DNA from: a virus
Strand: one strand, 5' to 3'
Length of the DNA stretch: 64,000 nucleotides
Virus record (IMG/VR): IMGVR_UViG_3300042397_001782
Coordinates: 1-64,000 of that record
Under the pieces are notes generated by a model. It was not told where the DNA came from and searched no databases. It was given only the letters and a program-made list of their open reading frames with translations. Positions 28,944 to 39,057 of this stretch are shown piece after piece; positions within the stretch are counted from its first letter, which is position 1; each line of letters opens with the position of its first letter. Position numbers and translations under genes: made by a program.

Positions 28944-29931
28944 CTTCTGTAATTGATTTAGTTTTTTTTGAATAATCTATTTGCTTTTTATAAAAAAAGT
29001 CCCCCTCTTTTGTTGAAGTTATTTCTACTTCAAACCACATTGTTTTCTCAAGTAAAGTAATATCAGGACTAAACACAGGTTTCATACCTATTTTTATAAG
29101 TGAGTTGTTAAACCTATTCATGATAAAATGCTGAATAACTTCTTTAGATAAAAAGTCTAATTCTCCTTTTTCAAATATCCAATCTATTACTCCACATTCA
29201 GCTATATATGCTTTTTTACACGCAGAATAAACTAAATTTTCAAATTCTTCATCAAACCATTCTGGGTTTTCTCTTTTAATAATATTAATTATTTCCACCC
29301 CAAAATTACCGTGAACATCTTCTTCTTTACTTGTAGCTTCCACTACATTAGATATACCTTTAAAAAGATTTTTTTCTTTATTAAAAGACATCATAATTAA
29401 GAACTGACTGAACAAAGAAACGTGTTCTATAAATAGAGAGAATAATAATACGCTTTTTGTATACATCTTGTTGTCCTTGCTTCTAGTACCATCTAAATAT
29501 TTCATTAAATAGTTTATTCTATTCTTAATAGCAGGAACTTCTATTAAAGTTTCAAACTCTTTCTGCAAACCCAATACATTTAATAATTCAGCATAAGCAT
29601 CTTTATGTCTAACTTCACTTTCTGCGAAGGTCATACCTACATCTCCAATTTCAGTTTTAGGCATTCTTTTATACATATCTGCCCAAAAAGTTTTTACTTT
29701 AACTTCTATTTGAGCGATAGCTAACATTGTTCTTTTTATTGCCTCTCTCTCAGAATCATTTACTTTTATCTTAAAGTCATTTATATCTGAAGTAAAGTTA
29801 AATTCAGATTCTAGCCAATAAGAATGTCTTATAGCTTTTTTATACTCCAATAGCTCAGGATACTCATAAGGCAGTATATTTTCTCTAAATTGAAAAATAT
29901 TTTTACCTAATTCTTTGTCATTTTGTGTCAT
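28930..29931 (-). CDS. nrdB: Ribonucleotide reductase class I beta subunit
   Basis: ESEVRHKDAY, EEDVH, DFF; start set at MTQND because the longer start lies within the promoter. Confidence 0.95.
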   Translation of the reverse strand: MTQNDKELGKNIFQFRENILPYEYPELLEYKKAIRHSYWLESEFNFTSDINDFKIKVNDSEREAIKRTMLAIAQIEVKVKTFWADMYKRMPKTEIGDVGMTFAESEVRHKDAYAELLNVLGLQKEFETLIEVPAIKNRINYLMKYLDGTRSKDNKMYTKSVLLFSLFIEHVSLFSQFLIMMSFNKEKNLFKGISNVVEATSKEEDVHGNFGVEIINIIKRENPEWFDEEFENLVYSACKKAYIAECGVIDWIFEKGELDFLSKEVIQHFIMNRFNNSLIKIGMKPVFSPDITLLEKTMWFEVEITSTKEGDFFYKKQIDYSKKTKSITEDDLF

Positions 29932-29991
29932 TTTTTTTGATAATTTTTTAAAAGTTAATAATAATTTTTTTACAGGGTAAAAAAGGGGTTG

Positions 29992-29999
29992 CAAAAGTA
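29992..29999 (-). promoter_or_regulatory. Bacteroidota -7 promoter element for nrdBA
   Basis: TACTTTTG(CA). Confidence 0.6.
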
Positions 30000-30011
30000 T
30001 AAATAAATTAT

Positions 30012-30449
30012 TTAATTGGTAAATATATTTTTATAAGCATTGTTGATTAAATACTTTTCACAATTAGGGATTTTAAGCAAAAAATCCAACTCATATCTAT
30101 AACAAATTCTCTCTTCTTCGGATGCAGTAGAAAAGAAATTAGAGTTGTAGAAAAATAAATGTGCTGATTCGTGAACAATAGCTGATGCTATATTATTTAA
30201 GCTACCTCCGCTTACATCATAAGTGGAAAGTATAATAGTGTTATCTCCCTCTATGGAGGAGAATTTTAGATTTGAAAATCCAATGTTTTTACAGTGCTTT
30301 AATAAAAGATTGTATTTATGGGAATCGTATTTCTTAATTAAGATTAAGGCAGAATCCACTCTGTTTTTCCAATTAGGACCAACATCAGCAATTTTTATTT
30401 GACCAAAAGAAGATGTAGTAAAAATTAATAGGAAAATAAATAATTTCAT
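30012..30449 (-). CDS. Secreted zincin-like metallopeptidase
   Basis: Signal peptide MKLFIFLLIFTTSSFGQ; IVHESAH...EE. Confidence 0.6.
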   Translation of the reverse strand: MKLFIFLLIFTTSSFGQIKIADVGPNWKNRVDSALILIKKYDSHKYNLLLKHCKNIGFSNLKFSSIEGDNTIILSTYDVSGGSLNNIASAIVHESAHLFFYNSNFFSTASEEERICYRYELDFLLKIPNCEKYLINNAYKNIFTN

Positions 30450-30453
30450 GTTG

Positions 30454-30461
30454 CAAAAATA
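30454..30461 (-). promoter_or_regulatory. Bacteroidota -7 promoter element
   Basis: TATTTTTG(CA). Confidence 0.45.
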
Positions 30462-30475
30462 CAACAATTTTTTTA

Positions 30476-30916
30476 TTAAGGCATCTTTTTTATAATTTTT
30501 TCTAGAGCTTTTTTTATAGAAGTTGAGACAGTCATTTTAGAAAAAGGAATTCCATCTGTAAGTTCTAACATAACTGCATGAATCTCAGACTCTGACTCTC
30601 CATATTCTTCATATTTCTTTCCTTTATATTTTAATTGAATGCCAATTTCTGTCGTTTGAACAGATTCTTCTATACCCATAATCCTTAAACTTTTTTTAGG
30701 AAGACCAAAATAAAATATATCAATGAATATTTGTTCTCCACTATCTGACAGACAAAACTTAGAAGAAAGCATATCTTCTGCCATTTGTTTCACCCCAAAT
30801 TTTACATCTCTATTTCCTAATTCTTTTATCTCAACAGAGGACTTAATCTCTTGAATTTTTACACATTGTGAGTAGGAAAGAAAAGGAATTGCTAATAGTA
30901 ATAATAAAAATCTCAT
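30476..30916 (-). CDS. Secreted protein, possibly a distant CsgG/TolB_N-like fold
   Basis: Signal peptide; FGVKQMAEDML and the C-terminal FSK..VSTSIKKALE parallel the CsgG-like gene. Confidence 0.45.
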   Translation of the reverse strand: MRFLLLLLAIPFLSYSQCVKIQEIKSSVEIKELGNRDVKFGVKQMAEDMLSSKFCLSDSGEQIFIDIFYFGLPKKSLRIMGIEESVQTTEIGIQLKYKGKKYEEYGESESEIHAVMLELTDGIPFSKMTVSTSIKKALEKIIKKMP

Positions 30917-30918
30917 AG

Positions 30919-31908
30919 TTAATAAGTTATTTGCCCTCTATATCCAGGGGCTATTAAATAATAGTTTGCATTTGTAGTCCCTGATATAGGAGAATTAATT
31001 GTAATAGAATTTAATCCAGGAATAGTGGCTCTTAAATCTGTAGTTCCTGTATTTAAAGAAGAATATTGTGTTGTGGTAAATAACCTAGAAGCAGTCATTG
31101 TAACCCAATTATTAACCCTTCCTGTTCTTCTTAAATTAATATAGTATTGGTCAGATATAGTTATCCTACCATCTCCATTTACATCATACATATTCCAATG
31201 TAAACTTCTTCTAGCGGTTCTACCTAATATAACATTTGAGACATTTTGCATATCTGTTAAAGATAAAGTTGTTACAGGAGTGGGGGCATTTATTTGAATA
31301 TACCATTCTGTAGCAGGGTTACTTGTCTCATTAATAGTGTATCTACCTGTTGCATCTGTGTATATTGTTTTATGTAATACCCAAGAAGTAAAAGTTACAA
31401 TATAATCAAATTCAATTACATAAGGAAGAGCTATACCATTAGGTAAGTCGTTCCATCTACCTCCTCCAACGAATTGAACATAATCTTCATTCCCTGCGTT
31501 ATTAGGTTCTCCAGGATTCCAAGAAGAATATGAGTAGGGTTCTCCTGTAACCCATCTCCATTGTCCCTCTACTACTTCATCTGTTAATCCTATCCATCCT
31601 GAAGGCCATAATCCAAATAGAAAGTTATTTTCAGCAGCACTTGTCACTGTTACTAAATATCCTCCCATATTTGCACAAGCTTGTCTAGCATCTGTCCAAA
31701 ACGCATTTCCTGTAGATCTATAATAAGAATGTCCATTATAGTTTTGTTGAGATGTAAATCCTGTTAATGTAGGAGTGGTTCTTTTATATATTTGTATTGG
31801 AACATTAATTGCTCCTGTACCATTAGCATTATAAATAAATCCTGAATAGGTAAAGTTTTGCCCTATAGCTATATTACAAATAAAAAATAATATAATTATA
31901 ATTCTCAT
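30919..31908 (-). CDS. Secreted C-type lectin plus dockerin-like protein
   Basis: W..A...C...GGYL...EN...WIGL.D...EG.W.W...W.PGEPNN...WND; YDVNGDGRITISD. Confidence 0.85.
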   Translation of the reverse strand: MRIIIILFFICNIAIGQNFTYSGFIYNANGTGAINVPIQIYKRTTPTLTGFTSQQNYNGHSYYRSTGNAFWTDARQACANMGGYLVTVTSAAENNFLFGLWPSGWIGLTDEVVEGQWRWVTGEPYSYSSWNPGEPNNAGNEDYVQFVGGGRWNDLPNGIALPYVIEFDYIVTFTSWVLHKTIYTDATGRYTINETSNPATEWYIQINAPTPVTTLSLTDMQNVSNVILGRTARRSLHWNMYDVNGDGRITISDQYYINLRRTGRVNNWVTMTASRLFTTTQYSSLNTGTTDLRATIPGLNSITINSPISGTTNANYYLIAPGYRGQITY

Positions 31909-33179
31909 AATAATAATCTTGTGCCGAAAGTTATAGTGTTATTTAATGCACTTTGCCCCACTTGCCAAGCCCCTCCAATATTTATGTTTACTTTAAATCT
32001 TTTTGTCACTCCCACATTTACCCCCACACTAGGAAGCATTACAAAGGGAGATTTCATAAGTACATCGTTATAATAACTTACATAAGGAGAATATACAATT
32101 AAGTTTGTAAACTTAACATCTAGTCTTTTATGTAGTTTTAAATCATACATTCCCCCTGTTATAATAGCTGTACCTATAAAACCCTCTTTAAACACTTTCC
32201 CCATAGATAATGTTCCTAAATAGATAAGTTTTAACTTCTTAATCTTTTTAAATGTTTTCATTTGGCCAAAAGCTACAGTGGAATAGGCACTTCCTCCTCC
32301 CTCTAAAGAGAATGTTACAGTGCCAGAAGCTATTGTTATATTAGAAGGATTTATCCAAGCATAGAACCCTGTTATATTTGGCCCCGCCTGTGCAGATGTG
32401 TAATCAAATAATATTCCTGATGAGCACGCCCCATCCCATCTCATAGAAGTGTAACCTCCTGTCCCTTTAACTCCTAAAGGTTTCTCAGAATCTTTAAAGC
32501 TAAATCCTACAAAATCAGATGAAGCTACAATAGCGGGTTTCCCCCCTTCTTTACTTCCAGGTTTATTGGCTTTGCCTCCTCCACCACTAGACCCTCCTGC
32601 TCCTCTCACAGAGTTGGTACCTCCTGCTGAAATATTTGTGCTACCTCCAGAAGCTTCTTCAGATGAAGATCCTCCACTAGGTGCACCACTACTTGTAGAA
32701 CCTACACCCCCTAAGTTACCCCCTGACTCTGTAGATACAGAAGGTCCTTCTCCCATTGAACTTGAGCTTGGCATTATAGAAGATGCTATATTTGCTGACA
32801 TACTAGATGTAGCTGAACCAACAGTTTCTGCAATGTTTGATATAGAGTTTATAATTCCTACAGTGTTAAGCACTTGTCCTTGTCCAATATTCATAACTGT
32901 GGGAGTACCAATAGCCTCTCCACAAGGTGAACTGTTTTTAAATTTATTGAATAAATTATCTGACCATGTTTGAAACGCACCTGAAACAAAATCATAGTAT
33001 GTGAAATTTTCTGTGTTTCCATAATAGGAAACTTTTGTACTCCCATTAATGGGGACACTAATAGTTTTAGCTACTTGTGTACAAGGGTCAGTATATTGAT
33101 AGGAATAGGTTTGAGAGTAAACAAAAGTGTTTACATTTAATAAGAGTAATAAAGCTATTAGTTTATTTATTAAAGACAC
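31905..33179 (-). CDS. Secreted protein with Gly/Ser linker and C-terminal outer-membrane beta-barrel-like domain
   Basis: Signal peptide; low-complexity GS stretch; alternating beta strands ending ITFGTRLLL. Confidence 0.6.
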   Translation of the reverse strand: MSLINKLIALLLLLNVNTFVYSQTYSYQYTDPCTQVAKTISVPINGSTKVSYYGNTENFTYYDFVSGAFQTWSDNLFNKFKNSSPCGEAIGTPTVMNIGQGQVLNTVGIINSISNIAETVGSATSSMSANIASSIMPSSSSMGEGPSVSTESGGNLGGVGSTSSGAPSGGSSSEEASGGSTNISAGGTNSVRGAGGSSGGGGKANKPGSKEGGKPAIVASSDFVGFSFKDSEKPLGVKGTGGYTSMRWDGACSSGILFDYTSAQAGPNITGFYAWINPSNITIASGTVTFSLEGGGSAYSTVAFGQMKTFKKIKKLKLIYLGTLSMGKVFKEGFIGTAIITGGMYDLKLHKRLDVKFTNLIVYSPYVSYYNDVLMKSPFVMLPSVGVNVGVTKRFKVNINIGGAWQVGQSALNNTITFGTRLLL

Positions 33180-33867
33180 CTTTTTTAATTAATCTCGTTA
33201 TAACCCTAGATGCTGCGGTTTCAAGAGATTTCTTGGTGGTGATTCCTATAGTGGATTGATTAAATTTAATATCATCAACATCTGCAAGGATGGAAGATTT
33301 TTTAACAGTATTAGCTTCTCCTAATCCTGAACCCACTATGATTTCTCCTGTAGTAGCATCTACAAATTTACATTGCAATCCCAACCTAGTTGTTTGAGTT
33401 GCCTCTGCTTTGCCATTCATTTTTACCACTTCATCTTCTGATACAGAAAAATCATATACTTCAATATAAACAAAGTAGTTAGCTAATAATACATTACCAA
33501 ACACTTCCATCTTATTTGAAGAGATTCCTTTTCTAGATGCTTTATCCTGAGAAATCATTTTATTTTTAATCTCTGCTTTATCTTCAGTGATTACAAAACG
33601 GTTTGTATTTAAGAAATATTCAGTGACAATGTTGGTTACACCAAGCCCCACTTTCTTTTCTTTAAGTTCAGGATAAGATTCGTATAATTCTTCATTAAAC
33701 CCTATTTTAAGAATAGAAATAGGAATTTGCAATGTATCATCATAATCTGATACAACTGCCAAACTCTGTTTCTTTTCAAAATCAGCTACATAAGCTTCTG
33801 TTTTAATAGAACCTATTTGAGAGAAAGCAAAAAGAGGTAAAAAGATTAGACTACCAAGGACTTTCAT
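33163..33867 (-). CDS. CsgG/HfaB-family protein
   Basis: GLGV..IV.E......RFV.TE...A.Y.V...V.DF...KFVDATTGEI..GSG.GE. Confidence 0.7.
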   Translation of the reverse strand: MKVLGSLIFLPLFAFSQIGSIKTEAYVADFEKKQSLAVVSDYDDTLQIPISILKIGFNEELYESYPELKEKKVGLGVTNIVTEYFLNTNRFVITEDKAEIKNKMISQDKASRKGISSNKMEVFGNVLLANYFVYIEVYDFSVSEDEVVKMNGKAEATQTTRLGLQCKFVDATTGEIIVGSGLGEANTVKKSSILADVDDIKFNQSTIGITTKKSLETAASRVITRLIKKGVFNK

Positions 33868-34150
33868 CTTCAGCTTTTTCTTTTTTAGCGGGCTTCTCTA
33901 CAACTCTTTCTTTAATGATTGTAGTAGGAGCTGCACTTTGCTTTTGTTGATTAGTGTTTTCAATATTCACTACAATTGGCGCCACAGGAGATGCTGTTTC
34001 AGTTTTAGCTTCTTCCTTGTGCTCAGTTTCTCCCCCAAACAAATGTGTAGAAGCCCACACACCTGCTGCTGTAACTAATGTACCTATTGCTCCAATAATA
34101 GTTTTTTTCAAACTATCCATAGAACCATCATTTTGAATTTCTTCTGACAT
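33851..34150 (-). CDS. Small single-TM protein
   Basis: TIIGAIGTLVTAAGVWA hydrophobic helix and a disordered tail. Confidence 0.6.
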   Translation of the reverse strand: MSEEIQNDGSMDSLKKTIIGAIGTLVTAAGVWASTHLFGGETEHKEEAKTETASPVAPIVVNIENTNQQKQSAAPTTIIKERVVEKPAKKEKAEDESPW

Positions 34151-34161
34151 AATATTTATTT

Positions 34162-36081
34162 TTATTGCTTAATAATTTTTGATACTAATACTCCTTTATT
34201 ATTTAGGAGTAATTTTGCTGTATAAACTCCTGCTGATAAGTTTCCTAAATCTGCTCTATAAGTGAATTGCCCTTTAGCAACAAGTTCGTCTAACACTTTA
34301 ATACGCAAACTTCCCAACATATCATATACCGCCAATGTGGCATTTGTGCTTTCTTCTACATTAAAAACAATATCTATAATTCCAGTTGTAGGATTTGGAT
34401 AAACTTCCATAGTGTTAGCATCTATAATTCTACCAATATTAGTGGGAGACATTTTTCTAACTTGTATAATATTATGACTAGGAGTTATAGATAAATCTTT
34501 TGAGGTAAAGTTTCCTGCAAATTTATTAGAGGTGAATAGAGGACTCACACCCCAATCTGCTTGTGGTTTCAAAGCTATAAATTGGAAAGTGATTATTTCA
34601 TCTCCATTTTTTAAAGCATTGTTATTAGTGGTAGGATCATAGCCTCCCCAAGATATTTCTCCTTCATTAGGGTTCACATAAGTAATCCATTTTTGAGCAT
34701 TTGCACTTGAATAGATTCCTTTGAAAGATAATAAGCTACTATCATATTTCAATCCAAATTGCAAAGCTAATACACTAACACTATCTGACTTTAAACTTAC
34801 AGGAATGCTAACCATATTTCCTTCGTTAACATTTAACTTAGGAATAGTTAATTCAATATTATTTGTTGGGAAGTCATATTCCACTCTAGTGTCAATAACT
34901 CTATGAGTTTGTGGGTCTAAGTCTTGCGGACCATTTATAAGGATTTCCATTGGAGTTGTTCTAGCCATATTGTATCCCGTAGAGTTGGCATCTCCAGGAA
35001 CCACTACATAATATGTAACCGAGTCAGGTTGTCCTGGTAATATATCAAAGTAAAAATTAGTTACACCTGAAATAGTTGATGTATAGTTTGTTGTAGGCGT
35101 TCCTGTAATTGTAGCATATTCTGCTGCTGTAAAGAATTTAATATCTTTTACATTATTAGACCAACTTGTTATTCTTCCTGCCACTCTTCCAAATACTCCA
35201 AAAGCATCCGCCACTGTAATATTAGAGTTTCCATTTACATCCGCTGTATAGAAATCAAAATCTTTCGGAGTACCAACTCCTAACACCCATTGGTTAATCA
35301 ATTGAGCGTCTGTTGTAGATACTACATTACCTACACCCATTGTATCTCCTTTAACAGCCAATCTAACATCCCAGAATGTTGTATCTAATATTTCTGAGAA
35401 TGAGAATTTACCTGATGTATTAGTTTTATAAGAGTTTACTTGAGTCCAAGATGACCCTGCTTTAGGCTTCTTTTCTAAAGATAAAGTTAAATTTTTAGCT
35501 CCAGTTCCATTCACATTTGCGAATGTACCTTTGAAGCTAAGTTTCGGTCTTTTGAATTCTCCATTATAACTGTATAGTCCTAAAGTTGTGTCCATCCCTG
35601 CTTGTGTAGAAGCATATTGTGGAAAGGTAGATACTCCTGAAAATTTCAAAGAGTCTATAAAAGTTAAATTATTAAAAATAGATGGAGCAGCATGTGTAAG
35701 AGTAAGTTCAAAAGTCTCTCCATTAGCAAGGGAATAAGCACTACTATTACCTGTATAAATTAATGTTATAGTTGAAAATCCATTTATAGAATCCGTTACA
35801 TATTGTAAATCAAGATTGGTTGTACTTCCCACTAAGCTAACCACTGAGTTTTTAAAAGCAACTTTGTCATAAAAAACTCTGAATTGCACACCTGTTACTT
35901 TTGTAGTGGTGGTATTTTTTAATGTAACTCTTGCTTTTGTAAATCCTTGTGTAGTTGTTCCTACATTATAAGCGGTGTCAATTAATGCCCATATTCCGCT
36001 GGAAGGTGCTGCTGGACCTGTCTGTCCATAAATGTTCATACAAGCTAACAAGCTTATAATCAATAATTTAAGTGTTTTCAT
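34162..36081 (-). CDS. Cohesin-dockerin-cohesin protein with a T9SS type A C-terminal sorting domain
   Basis: Signal peptide; GVQFRVFYD and ALQFGLKYDSSLL (cohesin-like); ADVNGNSNITVADA (dockerin); VYPNPT...VYDMLG...LSAGVY...KIIKQ (CTD). Confidence 0.85.
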   Translation of the reverse strand: MKTLKLLIISLLACMNIYGQTGPAAPSSGIWALIDTAYNVGTTTQGFTKARVTLKNTTTTKVTGVQFRVFYDKVAFKNSVVSLVGSTTNLDLQYVTDSINGFSTITLIYTGNSSAYSLANGETFELTLTHAAPSIFNNLTFIDSLKFSGVSTFPQYASTQAGMDTTLGLYSYNGEFKRPKLSFKGTFANVNGTGAKNLTLSLEKKPKAGSSWTQVNSYKTNTSGKFSFSEILDTTFWDVRLAVKGDTMGVGNVVSTTDAQLINQWVLGVGTPKDFDFYTADVNGNSNITVADAFGVFGRVAGRITSWSNNVKDIKFFTAAEYATITGTPTTNYTSTISGVTNFYFDILPGQPDSVTYYVVVPGDANSTGYNMARTTPMEILINGPQDLDPQTHRVIDTRVEYDFPTNNIELTIPKLNVNEGNMVSIPVSLKSDSVSVLALQFGLKYDSSLLSFKGIYSSANAQKWITYVNPNEGEISWGGYDPTTNNNALKNGDEIITFQFIALKPQADWGVSPLFTSNKFAGNFTSKDLSITPSHNIIQVRKMSPTNIGRIIDANTMEVYPNPTTGIIDIVFNVEESTNATLAVYDMLGSLRIKVLDELVAKGQFTYRADLGNLSAGVYTAKLLLNNKGVLVSKIIKQ

Positions 36082-36107
36082 TTTATAGATTTGTAATTTA
36101 GTAACTA

Positions 36108-36115
36108 CAAAAATA
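36108..36115 (-). promoter_or_regulatory. Bacteroidota -7 promoter element heading the secreted-protein operon
   Basis: TATTTTTG(TA). Confidence 0.5.
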
Positions 36116-36146
36116 TAAAAAAATTTTAATTTTATTTGAGATTATT

Positions 36147-36395
36147 TTAATCAAATAGTTCTTCTGTGTTAATATTATGTTTAGATAAAATATATTGTAT
36201 TTTTTCAAAAACAATCTCTAAAGCACCATATTTATCAATATCTTCTTTACTATCAAGTTCAAACTCTAATTTTTTTTTAGTGTTATATATTAATTCAAAC
36301 AAAGCAGATGCCATAGCAGAACTTGCAACAGCTTGTTTAAAATCCCTATAATCATCAGGATCACTTAAATCGTAATCTATTCTTGCTTTTGCCAT
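36147..36395 (-). CDS. Hypothetical protein
   Basis: 82 aa ORF. Confidence 0.6.
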   Translation of the reverse strand: MAKARIDYDLSDPDDYRDFKQAVASSAMASALFELIYNTKKKLEFELDSKEDIDKYGALEIVFEKIQYILSKHNINTEELFD

Positions 36396-36401
36396 AATTT
36401 T

Positions 36402-36971
36402 TTATTTAATATTAGTATATAAAATTGTACTACTGTCTTTATTCACTTTGCATTTATAAAATATATCTTGGTGGGTTATGAATTGGTTAGTATTAAAGGG
36501 CCTTGTAATAATATGTGCCCCATTAGGTGTAGGTATCTCTGCTATAATATTTTTACCTCCAGGTTCACAATCATTAATTGCCTTTTGAATTTTAATAATA
36601 TCATTATCAGATACATCTTTAAAATCTATATCTATTATCCAATGCTCAAAATTAGATTTTAAGTTGTCGATAGATTCCTCAATTAATAAAGAGTAGTTTA
36701 ATTCTTGCTTCTCTAATTTTTTAGACAAGGTTTCTATTATTTTATATCCTAGTTTTTCTTTAGAATAAGAGCCTAGTTTAATATATACACTAGCATCTAA
36801 ATAATCCGCAATACGTTTCATTTCATCGTAATTAGCCATTAAATTTTGCAAACTATCTACCATGTAATGCTTAATTACTTTATTATTAGAGTTTTGTATG
36901 ACAAGTATTTCATAAAAACTACTATTTTGAAATACTAATAAAGGAATTATTTTTTTTAAATTGTCTTTCAT
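36402..36971 (-). CDS. Hypothetical protein with AEP-like motifs
   Basis: WIIDID and IPTPNGAHII. Confidence 0.45.
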   Translation of the reverse strand: MKDNLKKIIPLLVFQNSSFYEILVIQNSNNKVIKHYMVDSLQNLMANYDEMKRIADYLDASVYIKLGSYSKEKLGYKIIETLSKKLEKQELNYSLLIEESIDNLKSNFEHWIIDIDFKDVSDNDIIKIQKAINDCEPGGKNIIAEIPTPNGAHIITRPFNTNQFITHQDIFYKCKVNKDSSTILYTNIK

Positions 36972-36972
36972 G

Positions 36973-37284
36973 TTAAATAAGAGTTAAAATGTATGAAGAT
37001 ATTTTATATCCTGTAAAGGCACCTAATGCTGAAGGATAGGGGAATACCACTAATTTGCCTAAATCTGTAACGTATTTTGGCCTATTAATAATTTTGCTTA
37101 AAAATGTATAATAAACTATATAAGACCCCAAGACAGCAATATCAGATTTAGTAGAGACAAATACTATTATTATAGACCCTAGAAAGCCCCAAATAAAGTT
37201 ATCTCTGACTCCTTCCCATATTTCCTGTCTTGTAGCGTCTTTGTATTCTTTTACAATCCTATTTAGTGATTGTTTTTTTCTCAT
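36973..37284 (-). CDS. Small membrane protein
   Basis: Three hydrophobic segments; start at MRKKQ. Confidence 0.6.
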   Translation of the reverse strand: MRKKQSLNRIVKEYKDATRQEIWEGVRDNFIWGFLGSIIIVFVSTKSDIAVLGSYIVYYTFLSKIINRPKYVTDLGKLVVFPYPSALGAFTGYKISSYILTLI

Positions 37285-37504
37285 TTTTAGGAGTTTTTGG
37301 TTTAACCACTGGTTTTGTTTTAACCTCATCTAAAGCGGTCTGAAGTTTATCCAAATCTTTTAAGGTGTCTTCAAAAAATGTAACTGATTCTAGTAGATAT
37401 TCTTTGTATTCTTTGTTAATCCTTTTATATTCTTTTTGTAGAATGTAAATTGTCACCATCCCTAGTATGTTAGCGGCCAATAATATGTATTCAAGTGTGG
37501 TCAT
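37259..37504 (-). CDS. N-terminal TM plus coiled-coil protein
   Basis: YILLAANILGMVTIYIL followed by heptads. Confidence 0.55.
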   Translation of the reverse strand: MTTLEYILLAANILGMVTIYILQKEYKRINKEYKEYLLESVTFFEDTLKDLDKLQTALDEVKTKPVVKPKTPKNEKKTITK

Positions 37505-37526
37505 AATAAATAATTTTAATTTTATG

Positions 37527-37534
37527 CAAATATA
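37527..37534 (-). promoter_or_regulatory. Bacteroidota -7 promoter element
   Basis: TATATTTG(CA). Confidence 0.6.
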
Positions 37535-37594
37535 CTGGTTTTTTAATAAACAATGGTGATTAATTTTTTTAGCTTTGAAATTTTATTTAGTTTA

Positions 37595-38038
37595 TTAAAA
37601 TCCTGTGCTGCCAAATCCCCCATCTCCTCTTTCAGTTGTAGGTAATTCATCCACTTCTTCAAATTCTATTTTAGGGTAAGGCATGATTATCAATTGCCCT
37701 ATTCTTTCTCCCACCTCATACATTGATTTTGCTTTTTCGTTTCCATTAGGCATTTTCATAGTAGGCTTGAACTTGAATTTTATTTCTCCAACGTATTGCG
37801 AATCTATAACTCCTACGGAATTTGTCAATGATTGTGTCACCTTGCAAATACTACTTCTTGGGAATATAAGCCCAACGTGCCCTTCTGGGATTTTTATAGC
37901 TAAGTCTGTTCCATACTCGTAATTTCCGAACTCATCAATAGTTAAGCTTGTAGCGGTTAAATCCATTCCTGCGTCTCCTGGCTTTCCGTAAGCTGGTATC
38001 ACCGCAAGTTCACTCAATTTTTTTATTTTTACTATCAT
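37595..38038 (-). CDS. dut: Trimeric dUTPase
   Basis: AGMDL, PRSS, GVIDS.Y.GE, RIGQL, RGDGGFGSTG. Confidence 0.97.
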   Translation of the reverse strand: MIVKIKKLSELAVIPAYGKPGDAGMDLTATSLTIDEFGNYEYGTDLAIKIPEGHVGLIFPRSSICKVTQSLTNSVGVIDSQYVGEIKFKFKPTMKMPNGNEKAKSMYEVGERIGQLIIMPYPKIEFEEVDELPTTERGDGGFGSTGF

Positions 38039-38043
38039 TTTTA

Positions 38044-39048
38044 TTAATTTTTATTTGTTAAAATAACCTTGTCTCTTGAAAATTTTTCTTTTATAACTTC
38101 CTTTAAAGAATCTACTCCTAAATCTTTGATAACATCAGAAGGATCTGTTTGTGCCCAATAAGAAGGGTTGTTGATATATTTCAATCTATTATCAATCTCT
38201 AGGGTTAATAGTCTTGAAAATCTCTTGCCCGCTTCGTCATTGTTGAGGTATACGAAAACATGGTCAAACTTGCTGAATAGTTCTTCAATTATAGGAAGTA
38301 GTATTTTGTAGCTATTTTCACTTGGAAGATTAAATGCATCATATCCTAAAGAATCTAAGCACATAGTGTCCTTTAAAGAAGAAGTGATAAAGCATACATT
38401 TGTTTTGTATTCAAGTTGTGGGTAGCCCTCTAGCACTGCTTTAATTGTTCTCCACTTTTGCATAGGAATACCTAGTGGATTATATACTTTAAAAAGCTGA
38501 TTATTTTGGTAGTATCCGAATATAGGATTATATTCACTACTAGAATAGTTTAGTACTCCGTTTCGTAAAACAAACTTTACAGGGCATACATCATATTTTT
38601 TTAATGTAGCTTCTGTAATACCAAATTTTTTCCAGTAATCAATATCTTCCTTTGCAAAGAAGTTTTTCTTTATTACAGAATAATTTATCTTCTCGGCTAC
38701 TTGTTGAGTGTATTTATCTTTATTTACAGAAGAAGAAAGGGGTGTTACTGCCACCCCTTTGTTTTCTCCTGAAAAACCTCCCTTCACTCTATCCGTGTAC
38801 TTTAAATCATAATTTATTTTTGTAATAGCTTCTTTATTTGTTAAGTTATACTTTTGCGATACAAAAGAAATACAGTCAGAATGTGTAGGATGATGTGCCC
38901 AATCTATAAATAAAATCTTATCATTGATAACTTTAAAATAGCATTTAGGGCTTTTATCATGCCTTAGCGGATTACTATAAGTACCCTTACTTTCCCAACT
39001 TCCAAAGTAATTTCTCCATATATCGCTCTGTTGATCTAAAGTGAACAT
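38044..39048 (-). CDS. DNA primase (Toprim), crAss-like type
   Basis: NPLR.D..P.C...F.D N-terminal domain; ITSSLKD, SE, NNDEAG, DPSD. Confidence 0.85.
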   Translation of the reverse strand: MFTLDQQSDIWRNYFGSWESKGTYSNPLRHDKSPKCYFKVINDKILFIDWAHHPTHSDCISFVSQKYNLTNKEAITKINYDLKYTDRVKGGFSGENKGVAVTPLSSSVNKDKYTQQVAEKINYSVIKKNFFAKEDIDYWKKFGITEATLKKYDVCPVKFVLRNGVLNYSSSEYNPIFGYYQNNQLFKVYNPLGIPMQKWRTIKAVLEGYPQLEYKTNVCFITSSLKDTMCLDSLGYDAFNLPSENSYKILLPIIEELFSKFDHVFVYLNNDEAGKRFSRLLTLEIDNRLKYINNPSYWAQTDPSDVIKDLGVDSLKEVIKEKFSRDKVILTNKN

Positions 39049-39057
39049 AATTATTGA

